Below the pieces are notes generated by a model, which saw only the letters and a program-made list of their open reading frames with translations, was not told where the DNA came from and did not search any database. A stretch of DNA of 62,757 nucleotides, the filler included, from Choristocarpus tenellus KU-1152 (lineage: Eukaryota; Protista; Phaeophyceae): NCBI GenBank assembly GCA_964200185.2. It is 11 parts of 11 records of this genome, joined end to end, with 100 filler letters (N's around TTAATTAATTAA, not from the genome) between each part and the next. Parts side by side here need not be neighbours in the genome. Positions count along the whole stretch, not along the records: positions 38,520 to 43,844 come from CAXNAD020011153.1; positions 43,945 to 47,644 come from CAXNAD020018432.1; positions 47,745 to 51,473 come from CAXNAD020018267.1; 8 more parts are not named here. One strand, given 5' to 3'. The position numbers were made by a program, and so were the translations under genes. Every line of letters begins with the position of its first letter. The stretch's first letter is position 1. Positions 39,357 through 51,473 of this stretch are shown here, piece after piece.

Positions 39357-40806
39357 TTCACATCCAGACCACACACCCATGCTCCCATAAATCTCTATGT
39401 CCGTCTATACTGCCACGCAGGCGCTGTCCTCTAGACTCGGCATCGCCACCCCCAGCAGGACCACCAAACATGACATGATCCAGATGATCAAGGAAAAATA
39501 CGCCGAGCTGAGAGCGGACAATCTCATGACCGACGACTTGATCATCGCTAAGTGCATGGTGGGAGAGTCTGCCCCCAACTTCAGGAGGAACAGGACCGAG
39601 GAGAACGATGGTGAAGACGCCAAAGGGTCTACGAACAAGCAAAGCCGGAGGCAAAAGGTGAGCGACAGTTTCCTTCAAGTAATAACTACAGTGTACATTG
39701 GATGTGTCACGGCGTATTCCTCAAAAAAGGAGCAGATAGTCCCTCCCACAGCACCGGACACAATCGATTACACCACAACAAAGCCTGAATCACCACGACC
39801 TATCACCAGCAACAACGCTCGAAACGCAACCACATGGCCCATTCGATACAGGTGCTGTTCCCAAGGACGGAGGGATTCCCTACACTCCTAAAAGTCATAT
39901 TTATAAACTTCGAAAAGAGCTTCTTCCTTCATCACAACACCACCATTTGACTGGCGCAACAATACAAACACTGCAAATCCCGCCTCCCCAAAGGACACAC
40001 CGCCATGTCCATGGATTTCAGCGCCCACCTGCAACACATCCACCAAGACTTGACACAACAAGAGTTCTTCAATCTATTCCTTGCGGTGCTTCTGACTATT
40101 GTCTGGTGGTTGAGGGATTTCAGAGAAGAGGGAAATGTTGGGAAGGGAAGGGTTAGGGCTCACAGCATGACGGTGTGCAGTTAAGACCGAGGCCAAGACA
40201 ACGAGTTCATCCAGAACGCCGTGGAGATGCTTGTAAAAGACCACCTAATACCTCTAGCCAGTGAATACGGACAGACCCTAGAGGCCCTCCACATCTGGTC
40301 CGATGGCTGCGGGAGCCAGTTCAAGAACAGATGGCAGATGTGGTGGACTTCTCAGTCCTTAGTGCCGATGGGAATTTCCGTAGTACCCAACTTCTTTGCA
40401 TCCTGTCACGGCAAGTACTTGTCTGATGGAGTCGGGGCTGTGGTGAAGTCTACTGCCAGGAGACTGGAACTAGACGGGGTGTGCATGCCAGGAACCTCAG
40501 CATCGCTAGTGGATACAATCAAGGCAACCAAAACTCAATACATTTTGAGGGATCCAACACCGGAGGAAGAGTGGCGCCACCGCAAAGGTCATAAGGTTCC
40601 TCCCCGACAGACAATCATGACAAAAGTAGGCACACTCCACAAGACGATCCCCCTCACTCACAAAGTTCAGCCCCTTTTTGCAACTGGCAACAGCCCCAAC
40701 ACGTACGCCCCTTGCCCACCTAACCCTGAACACGCAATATATACCATTCAAACTTGTGTCACATCTGTGACTCCCTTCACGTCGACATCACGCGCAGCAT
40801 GCTAAT

Positions 40807-41067
40807 GAGTGAAAGTATCTTAGAGGGTGTACGAGTTTTGCCCTGCTTATCCATTTGGGGCTTGGCTTCCCATGGAGTTTTTAATGACATTTTCCTATTC
40901 CAAAACTTTTAGGAGTAAGCAAAGTGTATATGATATGAAAAGGTGTGTCCAGAACATGGATATTTACACTTGCTAACAAAAACGACAGCCAAAATTACAT
41001 CAAAATCGTAACCTTGGATTTTTACCCCCAAATGGACGCGGCTATACCCTCTAAGATACTTTGACTC
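40807..41067 (-). mobile_element. Sola-type MITE copy 6 (complete, TAAT TSD)
   Basis: taat|GAGTGAAAGTATCTTAGAGGG...CCCTCTAAGATACTTTGACTC|taat. Confidence 0.93.
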
Positions 41068-41088
41068 TAATCCCACATACGCAACTCT

Positions 41089-41347
41089 CAGTCAAAGAAT
41101 CTTAGAGGGCACACCCGCGTCCATTTGGGGGTCAAAATCCAATGTTGCGATTTTGATGTAATTTTGGCTATCGTGTTTGTTTTAGGAAGTCTCAATATCC
41201 TTGTTCCAGATCCACCTTTTCATAACGTGTACATTTTACCTATCCCAAAATATTTTGGTGTAGGAAAACGTCGAAAAATCCCAAGGGAAATCAAGCACCA
41301 AATGGACAAACAGGGCAAAAGTCATACGCTCTAAGATACTTTCACTC
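41089..41347 (+). mobile_element. Sola-type MITE copy 7 (complete, imperfect TSD)
   Basis: ctct|CAGTCAAAGAATCTTAGAGGG...CGCTCTAAGATACTTTCACTC|cttt. Confidence 0.9.
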
Positions 41348-43949
41348 CTTTCCATCGACGGCACACCGTCCGTGCACACTCGCAACCATCGCCCTCTATT
41401 TTGTGTAAGTCTAACAATCGGCAAAATCGCGCAAAATTCCAAGAGTTAGCATTTTCTTCTCTCACCTTAACGTCTGTCGTTTACCAAACAATTTTCACAG
41501 GAACAGTCAGCACATATAGGATGTGCACGGTCCCCCCCACCCACAATAATGCCTCTACTTCCCACTGGCGACAGGCTCACCCCTCCTGCCCCTTGCCAAC
41601 CCATACACCAAATACGCAATAAATATTGTTGACCCAATTACGTCAATCCATGCCTACCCTTCTCGTCAACACCATGCACGATATGCTAATCGCATATCGC
41701 ACTTCTCAATCAACCGCACACTGTCCATGAAAACTTTCAATCATTGCCATCTATCTATTTTGAATAAGTCTATCAATCGGTAAAACTCGTGCAAAACTCC
41801 AAGTTATTGTTTTCCTTTCATGCATCAACGTCGGCCATGTACCCATCGCTTGTTGCAGGAATACCTACCACATGTGCTACATACATGATTCCCCCCATTC
41901 ACAATAATTGATCCCTGTTTCCCACTGGCGACAGACTGCCCCCTCCGCCCCTTGCTAACCCATACAATAAACACTCAATATATATCGTTGACCCATTATA
42001 TAATATTCGTGCCTTCCATTCACGTCGACACCACGCACGACATGGTAATCACACATACGCACTTCTTAATCAACCGCTCACCATCCGTGCACACTTGCAA
42101 TCATCTCGTCCTCTATTTTAAAGAAGTCTGCTAAGCGCCAAACTAAACCAAAACTCCAAGTTCTCGTTTCACATATTGACATCTGTCATTTACCAAACAT
42201 TTGTTCCAGGAATAGGTAGCGCAGATCAAATCCAAAGAAAATACCGTCACATCGAATCGATCACAGGATGCCGCTACAGTATCAACACTGACTTCAACAC
42301 GTACCACCCCTCCCCTTATACGCACAATCACCACAACCCTTAGGAATGGATGGACAGGGACGGTAGACAGCAGAGTTCCACGTCTACGAAACTTCTATAC
42401 ATCGACACTTTTTGAAAACAGGATATAGTCCACCTCCCGGAACGACACGATCCATGTATCCCAAACCTCGGTGGCATCAAGTCCATGCACAGGTTCTTCA
42501 CTGGTCGGCTCACCACCGAAGAGTCCCGTACATTGATATACACTGAATTGTCATGCTACTGCACGAACTGTTCAATCGGCAACCTGGCCCAATGTAGGTG
42601 GAAACTAACCCACGTGCCCCCGCATAAGGAGGTAGACCTCGAATTTTCCACAGAAACAGGAACGGGCGATATGTACCTGAGAAGCCAGCTGTCGAGGAAG
42701 AAGAGACAGCTCGCTGAAGGGAACATATGCATTGTGCGGACCCAACCCATCTGAGTACTATGGTATAGAGTTCTTGCCGTTGACTGTCCACCGCAAGGAC
42801 ACAATTCAATGGAACGCCAGGCACCACTCCAGCTACGGGGGGATGTTCAATGGTGGAGATGAGGTCGTCTTTGTCACTGAAGACTTCGAGGTGCTGAGTG
42901 CTAGCTTTGTTGATGGAGTGCCAACTAATTCGCATGTAACGGACGGACAAGGTAAGACACGCATCTTATTGTTACTAAGAGAACAATGCTCCACAGGATG
43001 ATTCCATGCTGTCCATATATAGATGTTACTTATCCCCTGATATCCCCTCATGCCCAAATAAAATCGTACCATAACAGCCAACCCTAACATCTAAACCAGT
43101 GTCATGTTCTTTCTCCTACTCTACAACCGTGGAGGAGTTACTGCTGGCACGTGGACTGATGAAGAACCTGCGCATGGAATTGATGCCGCGGAAGTTAGGG
43201 AGGTGGTGATCATGTCGTCCCTTCCAATCTATCTTGTAGGAGGGAGATGAATGATTTCCTGCCTTCTAATGGTATTGTTCAGGAGAAGCTTCTGGAATGT
43301 CTTACTGCGTAGTCTGCTGTCGCTGTCCTTCCAGTCTTAAGGGGTATGGGCTAGCGTTTGGCGAAAAATTAGACGTATATCTTCGTCTCTGTGTGAGCAC
43401 GACGACACAATATTGCGAACGATTGAATGCAATAAAAATGTTGAATATAGCGTAAGGAATCATTTTTTATTCATGGTGATACTGATAAAGGCGGTAATAT
43501 AAATTTGTTCACAATATCTTTTTTAGTGTGCCTCTGACGTTCGATGCAGGAACAAACATTCAGGATATTGGAACGAAAGTGCTGAAACTTCTCATGTGGT
43601 GCTTGGTGGAGAAGTGGGGATATCAGTCAATTTGTCTACTGTGTGTTTTCTTTTTTGTCAAGGCAAGGTGTTTCCATTTACTACTACGATTACAGAGATG
43701 GTGTGAGTTGTTAGGTGTAGGGATGTACCAAGAAATATCGATATTATTGGAAATGGATGTAGGTATTTCCAAATTATCCATCCGACGTATGCAACCAAAT
43801 CACCCAAAAATCCCGACATGAAAAAAGTGACCCCAAATGGACAGNNNNNNNNNNNNNNNNNNNNNNNNNNNNNNNNNNNNNNNNNNNNTTAATTAATTAA
43901 NNNNNNNNNNNNNNNNNNNNNNNNNNNNNNNNNNNNNNNNNNNNGAGGC

Positions 43950-46900
43950 CTATGCACCTTCACCCGCTGGATCCTCCTGGAAGGAAAAAGGGGTAGGAGA
44001 AAAGGGATGCAGGGGAGATACAAGTGGGGGCATGGGTCAAGTGGGGGCAAGGTGTGGATATCTTGAGAACCACTATGCAAGCATAAGCCTCACCCACCTG
44101 TTTACTACACAAGAAGGCCTTCATGATGTTTCCATGTATTTGCCAATTACACTATTAATACACACCTTGTGTGACAAATCTCACTTGAGTGCTGCATGAT
44201 CCAATAGTACCAGCTGCTCAAGTGGGGGACAAGACCAAAGGGGCTTTGGAAATGTATGACACGCCTCAGAAGGGACACTCCACAGAACCACTACACGCAA
44301 GACCACTAAGGTGTGTGTGTGTGTGTGCGTGTGTGTGTGTGTGTGCGTGTGTGTGTGTGTTTACAAGCACCCCTACAACTAAACACAAATCACACTAAAC
44401 TTTCGCGGCATTAAGGGTGTCGATAATATCTCCGGGGCTGAGAAGTAGTTGAGGGGATAATAAGGGTGGGGGGAGGGAAGTCTCCCAACTCACAGGGTCA
44501 ACATCCTCATACTCGTGTAAGAAGAACTCTGCGTGGTTCTTTTGCATATAGCGCAGGAAGTCTCCTAGCTTGGCCTGTACTTGTGTAACCTCTGTAGCAG
44601 TCAGGGCAGTCTGCGCCAGAAGCTGAGGTAGTCGTACTTTCAAGTGGGGAGACGGTAACAGTCCAAGTGGAGGTAGGGGTCAGCGGTAGGGAGGGGGCAG
44701 AGGTAGGGTTAGGGAGCAGCACAGTGCCAAGAAAGTACTTTCATGATAATATGTCCTGAGATAAGACAAATATGGAGAAACGAAACGATTGAGATAATAA
44801 ATAAAAATCCGACAGAATAACCAAGAAAAAGAAAAAGAAAAAAATGGGCAGAAACTGGGAAGAGGGACCTCAATTTCACGGTCAACACTACCCCTTCCTC
44901 AACTGACCACACGTAACAAACGACATGAATCACACAACTAGGTATGCCAACACTACCACTTCAAAAAAGTTGATGGGGATCAGGGTGGGGCTGGGCATCA
45001 AACTCACCAAACAGGCGGAGAAGGTGCTCAGCGCCATACAAGTTGCATGGGGACTCTGCTGGGTACTTTTGGATGATCCTCTCGTACTGACGCCTCTCCT
45101 GGCGGTACAGCAGAATCAGGGGCAACGCCTGTACATATTTGGGAGGATGTAACACATCACATCAAGACACAGTCCACACATTTGTCACAATAAGAGTTTG
45201 GATAGGGGGGAAGGAGGGTGGGGGGGGGAGAGAGAGAGAGAGAGAGAGAGAGAGATCGGGTTAATGAAAACCTCTGGCGGATAGATTACTTGATTTATCA
45301 TGATTTGACTCTTGCAAGGTCAAAAAGAGATGCCTACTGCTGCTTTTGCTTTTGCTGGTGGTCTGAGGCATTACAAACAGTCAATGCATTTGGCAGGTTA
45401 CACTTCCTTTGGTTGTAGAAGGATCAAACATCTTCTCTCACCATGCGTCAACATGCGTTACAGCCCCTCTTCGCTGGGTTTGATTTTATCTTTTTCTCCT
45501 CTCTTACATCTAGTAGCACAAACTACAGACTGTTCCATATTACCATACAACAGTAAATCGGTAGGTTCAATGACACAGGAACCATCAACCAATAATACAC
45601 AATAGTAATAATCCTCACCCTATTTCCAAGTTCATCAGTCAACATCCTAAATATCTCAACGTATGTAGTCCCATCATTTATTATTGCCAGCCTAGCCTAC
45701 CACAACCAGCCCAATTCACAACTATAATACCACATAAGATTAGTCAACAAAGTTTGAACTATCTTTGTATAACATTCATCACACATGCACACCTCCCAAA
45801 AAGAAATGTCCATCTTAAAAGTTTTAGTTCTGAATATACTACATACAACCCACTCTCCACCACAGCCTCCTTCGTCTCGGGGACAACCTGACATGTGGAA
45901 GGTTGTGGGGTTCGTTCCTTGCAATCACCTTATCAAAGTAAATTCTCAGTCCATCGATCAGCTCCTGATATCGGGCGGCCTGTTGGGTGCTACCCCTCTT
46001 GACCTTGCTCTCCATGTATCTTTCCATCACCTTTCAATTAAAAAAACACAAAGGTAGATAGGTTTGAGAGGGATAGCAAACAAGGACTCAGAAAGGAAAG
46101 GGGAAATACATATTTTTAACAGAAGAGTAAAGCACCTATTCTTCTCATCATCTCCTGGTGTAGGGCAATTGTTTTGTTCTCAAGTGAGGGAAAACTGGGT
46201 ACAGATCAGATTTCATAAAACATGTTCTTTGTGCTATCTATTGAAACAGATAAGATGAACTAATTCGTTTGAGTTTATGTCTGGGTTTAAGCTTCTCCAA
46301 AGATGAAATACACTGCTTGAGATGCCAAACATATGAATTGTTCATATGCTGGAAGGTTTTGTTGTTTGTATCACAACTTGCTTTGTTCCTTGGCCCCTCC
46401 ACACAGCCCCTTCATATCTCACCAAAAACAGTAGTGCAAAAGTAAAACATATCTTTAAGGCACAATACCTTACCATCAATGCATACCACAGGATACTGTT
46501 GTAGTGACTGTGCTCCCAAGTGTATACCTTTAGTAGTATATTGTCCTCTAGGGCTAGGACTAGGACAACCACCACCGCTTGTGATCACATCCTACCAAGC
46601 AACCTACAGATACTTCCACATCATACTTCCCTTCCCCCTCCCCACCTGCCCAGTTATTTACAGTCTTGTAACAATCCTTTCCCCCCTCTATGCTTTATCT
46701 ATTAATCCACGCAGCATAGACAAAAAAGAAACATACAAGAAGATTATACCAATGGGGAATTATTTCTTACACTATTGACACAAGTTTTGAGCCATAACAG
46801 CAATGAGTTTATCAACAAATATTAAATACAAAACCCAAAGCAACTTGGGGGGGGAAAGTGCACCTGAGAGGCAGTGATCTCCCTGGGAAGCTTGACCAGT

Positions 46901-47001
46901 CGCCAAGGCTCCTGAGTGACACTCTCCCAGTCAGTGACAAGCTGTTTCTTTAGTGTGAAGGGCATGGTGATCTTCACCTCTGCCACACCCGAGTCATCCT
47001 C
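43950..47001 (-). CDS. EAF3: MRG-domain chromatin protein (MRG15/Eaf3 family), C-terminal part
   Basis: Phase-compatible exons 47001-46864 (ITMPFTLKKQLVTDWESVT...LVKLP), 46030-45929 (ELIDGLRIYFDK), 45128-45008 (ALPLILLYRQERRQY...YGAEHLLRLF), 44636-44494 (VRLPQLL...DFLRYM) and probable last exon 43976-43950 (stop). The chromo-barrel exons are lost in the gap. Confidence 0.92.
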
Positions 47002-47364
47002 CTGAAGGAGGTATACACAATAAGTTAGAACAACAAGATGGATAACATAAAGGTCTTGTCCTGGAGCACCTCACACCTAGTCATCTCACATTAGCACTTA
47101 CTGCATTATTAAAAATACAAAAATCAGAACAAAACAACAGTCAAGGTGGACAGAGCAAGTGTGTGCATATCAGGGTTTGTTGTGTGGAGGGCTAGTGATT
47201 ATTCCCCGGCTGGGGTTTACAACAGGTCTAGATGAGTTGATGAGGGAGAGAGGGGACAGGGTGTGAAGGTTGTTGACACAGTTGACACAGATTGGTTGGG
47301 CTATATTGTAGACGTGGAGTGGAGATGCAGTGGTTGAAAAAATTAGTGTTGTCTGGCTGTGATT

Positions 47365-47417
<53 letters not shown>

Positions 47418-48167
47418 GTGTGTGGAACAAGTGCAACAGGCGCCTTTCTTCTACTGACTAAAGTTAAGGTGAAGGCTAGCAAAAGATGATTGGGCGTACA
47501 AACACTTGCAAACTGTGCTCATACACTTCATTGGTTATCAGAAGAGCAACGAGTGGGGGGGGGGGGGGGGGGGCTAATGGAGGAGGAAAAAGCCCATTGC
47601 CAAAACCCCTCATTTTACAAAAAAAAAAACCTTGCCCCCCCCCCNNNNNNNNNNNNNNNNNNNNNNNNNNNNNNNNNNNNNNNNNNNNTTAATTAATTAA
47701 NNNNNNNNNNNNNNNNNNNNNNNNNNNNNNNNNNNNNNNNNNNNAAATAAAAATCCCATTTTTCCTTTTTTGGGCCAAATGGACCCCCTGTGGGTGCCCC
47801 CCCCCCCCCCCCCCAGATACTTTGGGTCAGTAGCTACAGAAAGTCATGCCACCACAGCTGAGTACAGCTCTGACTGTCTAACACTAAATCTCTGCCTCCA
47901 TTAAGGCAATAAGCGTAGTCCCCCTCATTGTTTCCTTCTGTTTGGGTTCCTCATCTCTCTTGTTAAATCTTTTCATTCCTTATATGAATGATCAGCTTTG
48001 CTTTCCTCCGCCATCCTTATCCCTGCCTTTTCCCTATGTACAATTAGAAAGGGTAAATCACCTTCCCAAAATATTTCCAACCCCACCTGTTCTCCACCAC
48101 GTTCAATCTCATATTACTTCTACTGCTCAAATTTTCATGTACACAATTTGACAACGAAATCTCTCAC

Positions 48168-50960
48168 CTGGGCGTCCAACACAACCTCAAGGAGTGTCTC
48201 AACGAACAGATCACAATCCACAGCATCAGACCATAATGCTGACGGCTTTTCTGAACAAATAATTTCCAATCCACACTCTTTCTCAGAGGGAAGATTTGTG
48301 ATGGCCTGAGGTAGGACGGCAATTGTCAGGTAGAAGGGGGGAGGGTTCTGTAGGACTATGGTAGAAGAGGCAGGGCGAAGGAGGGGGTACGCCCCAAGGA
48401 GGGTGTAACAAGGGCTGCAGACATTTCAAGGAGGTTTTGTTGTATACCGCAGGGGATCCATTATATTGCATTAATTTTGGATAAATGGGAATATATTGGG
48501 AAAATTGAGCATATGTTTTGCACGATTGCATTGCCTGTCATTTTGCATCACAGTTAGGTGTCTAGAGCTCCCAGCTGTAATCAGATTTCACAATGACCGC
48601 ACTTAAGGATGTTTTGCTGTGAGCACAGTAGAAAAAAACGCCTTTCTCTTTGTCCTATTTTCAACATCGATACACCATTTATCTTCACATCTCGTGGACA
48701 CCCTCACTTCTGGAAGGGGTATATACCTGTGCCATCATGCCCATTATACAGTGGCCTATGCCCCATCCATCCTCCAGAACACTCTTGGCACACATTGCTG
48801 CATGGACTCTTTTTACCAAGTGCTTGTTCCAGCCTGCTCCTGCCACGTTTTCTCCCTTGCTACCCTGGCTGGCTTCTCCTGCTTCTCTCCCAGCTATACC
48901 CCCGCCAATCCACGGACCATTGAATACGAAGCCACGGCTTGCTATCCATGCCCTAGCCTCGGTGACAAGGTCCGCTATTGATGCTTCCAATGCCAAAGAA
49001 CTATCCTTGTTTGAAGTCTTTGGTGGCAACTGATCAGACCCGTTCCTCCCACTCGTTTCTTCTTCTGTTTCCCTTCTTCCATTCCAACCACCACCCATGG
49101 CCACAGTCCTGCAGGTACTGGGGGATATGATAGGGACCAGGGCTGCAGAAAAGGGAGCATTTGAGGAGACTCCCATCAACCTTGCAAAGATGCGCAGGAG
49201 GGGAGACTTGTGGCAATGCCCCAAAACGGAATCCAGCAAGGCGCTCAAACGACTTTCTGCAGTCTCCACTAGGCCGTACCGCAGTACATAATGTCTGTAA
49301 AGGGCAGGTGCCAAGGGTGGCAGGGATTCTACAGGACAGCCAGGGGATGGACCTGGAACGGCGCTTCCAAATGTACCGGTCTGTTCATGTGTTTCTGCGA
49401 GTTCTTGTTGGGTGCTTGACGCATCTGTGGCTAAATCCTCAACACCACTGTTGATATCATTGTCAAGACACCCTAACCCTTGCCAAAATGTTGCACTGTT
49501 GAGAGAGTGAATACCTGGCTGGCACCTGACCATAGGAAGGCAGGAGGAGGTTGGGAAGGGAGCAGCGGAAAACATCCAGCGGTATGGACAAGCCATGGAA
49601 GACAGGGTGAGCTAATGATGCTGTGGGAGGGAAAGAAAAAGAGGAGGGGGGTTGAGCTTGGGAGTCATATTATCCTAGAGGGGTGCGTTTTGCGCAGATT
49701 TCCCATTTGGGGCTCAGTGAGTGTTGGAAAATATCCCAGTTTGATGCCCATTTTGGGAGGTGATTTCTTGTCAGATTTGGTCCAAGTAGGAGGATGGAAA
49801 TGGAAGGTGTGTTCAGATGAAAGAAGTTGCCCATGCATCTTATACATTTACTCATATGGCATGAAACTAACTAGAAGGTTACAAACTTACCAAAATGGAT
49901 GCCTGACCTCCCCTCTAGGATACTATGGACCTTGGTTGTAGGACTAACAAAGTGGTAGGGTGGTGATATACTGAAGCATAGGAAAACATCCTTTAATCGA
50001 TTTTTTTGGTTCAGGAAAAGTGGAAGTCATCATATGACAAGAAGAACAAAACAAGGCTTATTTCTTGATAGTACAGTACGAGACAATAAGGAGAGACAAA
50101 AGGAGATTGTTGTGATCAAGGCAGTACCTGCTGTCTATGAAGAGAGAGCCCAGGCCAACCTACAAGGATTTAATGGACTTCAAGTATTACAAAACTCAAC
50201 CCCAGTATACAATATTCATCAAGCTGCAGGAAACCCTTACCTGCCCTGTCTCTCACAAGCTGCTTTTGCCAGCTCAACTGCCCTTGCTCTCTGATCCAGT
50301 ATCTCCCTCACAGCCCTGATGACCTCACCCTCCCCTTTGGGGGGAGTGGACCTTAGAGGCCTTGATAGACAGGTTGATGAACTACCTGTGAGAGATATAT
50401 CCGTCATTGGGTCACTGCTAATGACCTGTTGACCCTTCCTTGTATATATTTATTTAATTTGGGGTTGAGATGTGTTGAGGTAGGTGTTAGTAACTTCAGT
50501 GGGCATGTGTACAACAATAGTCGATTCCCTGTTTGTTTAGACTCTGTTCTAGCTCAACAGACTGGATGTTCCAGGGGGTGGGTACCTTATTTCGTACATG
50601 GCCTAACCACAGTGTAGTAGAAGAGATGTGCATCATTCCTACAGTCATAAATTCATACTAGATAATCCAAAACGCTAACATTGAACAATTTGTAATTGTC
50701 TATACAACCAGTGGGTTGTCCTGCTAATATTCCATTGTATCCTACTCAGCTCATATTCTCCTTTGGAGGAAGAGTGGCTAGCAAGTCCAACTGTCTTGTG
50801 GCCGAACCTGCTCCAAATGTTGCGGAGACCATCAGGAACTTTATTGAGAAGTGATAAGTGAGGTCCAAGTTCCCTTCCTGAGCCCTGGCATACTCTCGCC
50901 GGGATAGAAGAGTAGTCACAACGGTCATCTATGAAGCCAAGGTTCCTTGAGATAGTTGAG
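48168..50960 (-). CDS. Uncharacterised multi-exon protein, partial
   Basis: Phase-compatible exons 50385-50241, 49525-48727 and 48305-48168, plus a likely exon near 50746-50960. Contains LYRHYVLRYGLVETAESRLSALLDSV...PLLRIFARLMG, a helical pattern that I recall from uncharacterised protist proteins. Confidence 0.6.
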
Positions 50961-51384
50961 CGTGGAGCTATAGTTGCTTAAGAGGCAAGGGATAGGGAAA
51001 AAATGTGATCATTGGTTGATGGAGAGGGATTTGCTGTCAAGGGACGGGAGGGGAGAGACACCACCACACGAAATCATACAATCTCAGGGCAAGACACTTA
51101 CTTTTGCCCCTCATCTACCTCAAATTCTGATGAAATTTGCTCGATGTCATCCTTGTCCCAATTGTGACTTAGTGGAGATATCAGCCCCCCCCCATTCATT
51201 CTGCTAAGACTAATCACACTAGATCTCTTAAACGAAAAAGGATTAGCGCCATTACCTCACCATCACATGACGAGAGAATTGATTGCTGGAAAGGTAACTT
51301 CAACTGTGCAACAGCCTCAACGCCCTGTCAATTTGCAAAGAGGAGCATTATTTTATCAGTGTGTGTGTCGGATCATCACATGGT

Positions 51385-51473
51385 GAGTCAAAGTATCTTA
51401 GAGGGTAGACCCACGTCCATTTGGGGTCAAAATCCAATGTTGCGATTCTGATGTAATTTTGGTTATCGTGTTT
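51385..51473 (+). mobile_element. Sola-type MITE copy 8 (cut by assembly gap)
   Basis: GAGTCAAAGTATCTTAGAGGGTAGACCCACGTCCATTTGGGGTCAAAATCC... Confidence 0.9.

Larger units (their letters stand above)
40650..42220. repeat. ~357-bp diverged tandem repeat (about 3 units) inside the transposase intron
   Basis: Unit starts GC(A/T)CAC.(G/A)TCC.TG at about 41361, 41716 and 42076; an upstream partial unit at 40650-41088 is split by the MITEs. Confidence 0.8.
39357..43001 (+). pseudogene. Sola2-like DDD transposase, intron-containing, with premature stops
   Basis: Exon from 39852: FFLHHNTTI*LAQQYKHCKSRLPKGHTAMSMDFSAHLQHIHQDLTQQEFF (first D). ORF 40221: HIWSDGCGSQFKNRWQ...NFFASCHGKYLSDGVGAVVK (second and third D). 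From 42344: GIKSMHRFF...ELSCYCTNC...C. An in-phase GT-AG intron 40596-42343 joins the last two parts. Confidence 0.8.

Noticed and set aside
148-41442. Recurring small ORFs of the MGSQAPKWTNRAK / LGSVNILVPDTPFHNVYIL type
   Set aside because: Chance translations of the non-coding MITE; frames and stops differ between copies.
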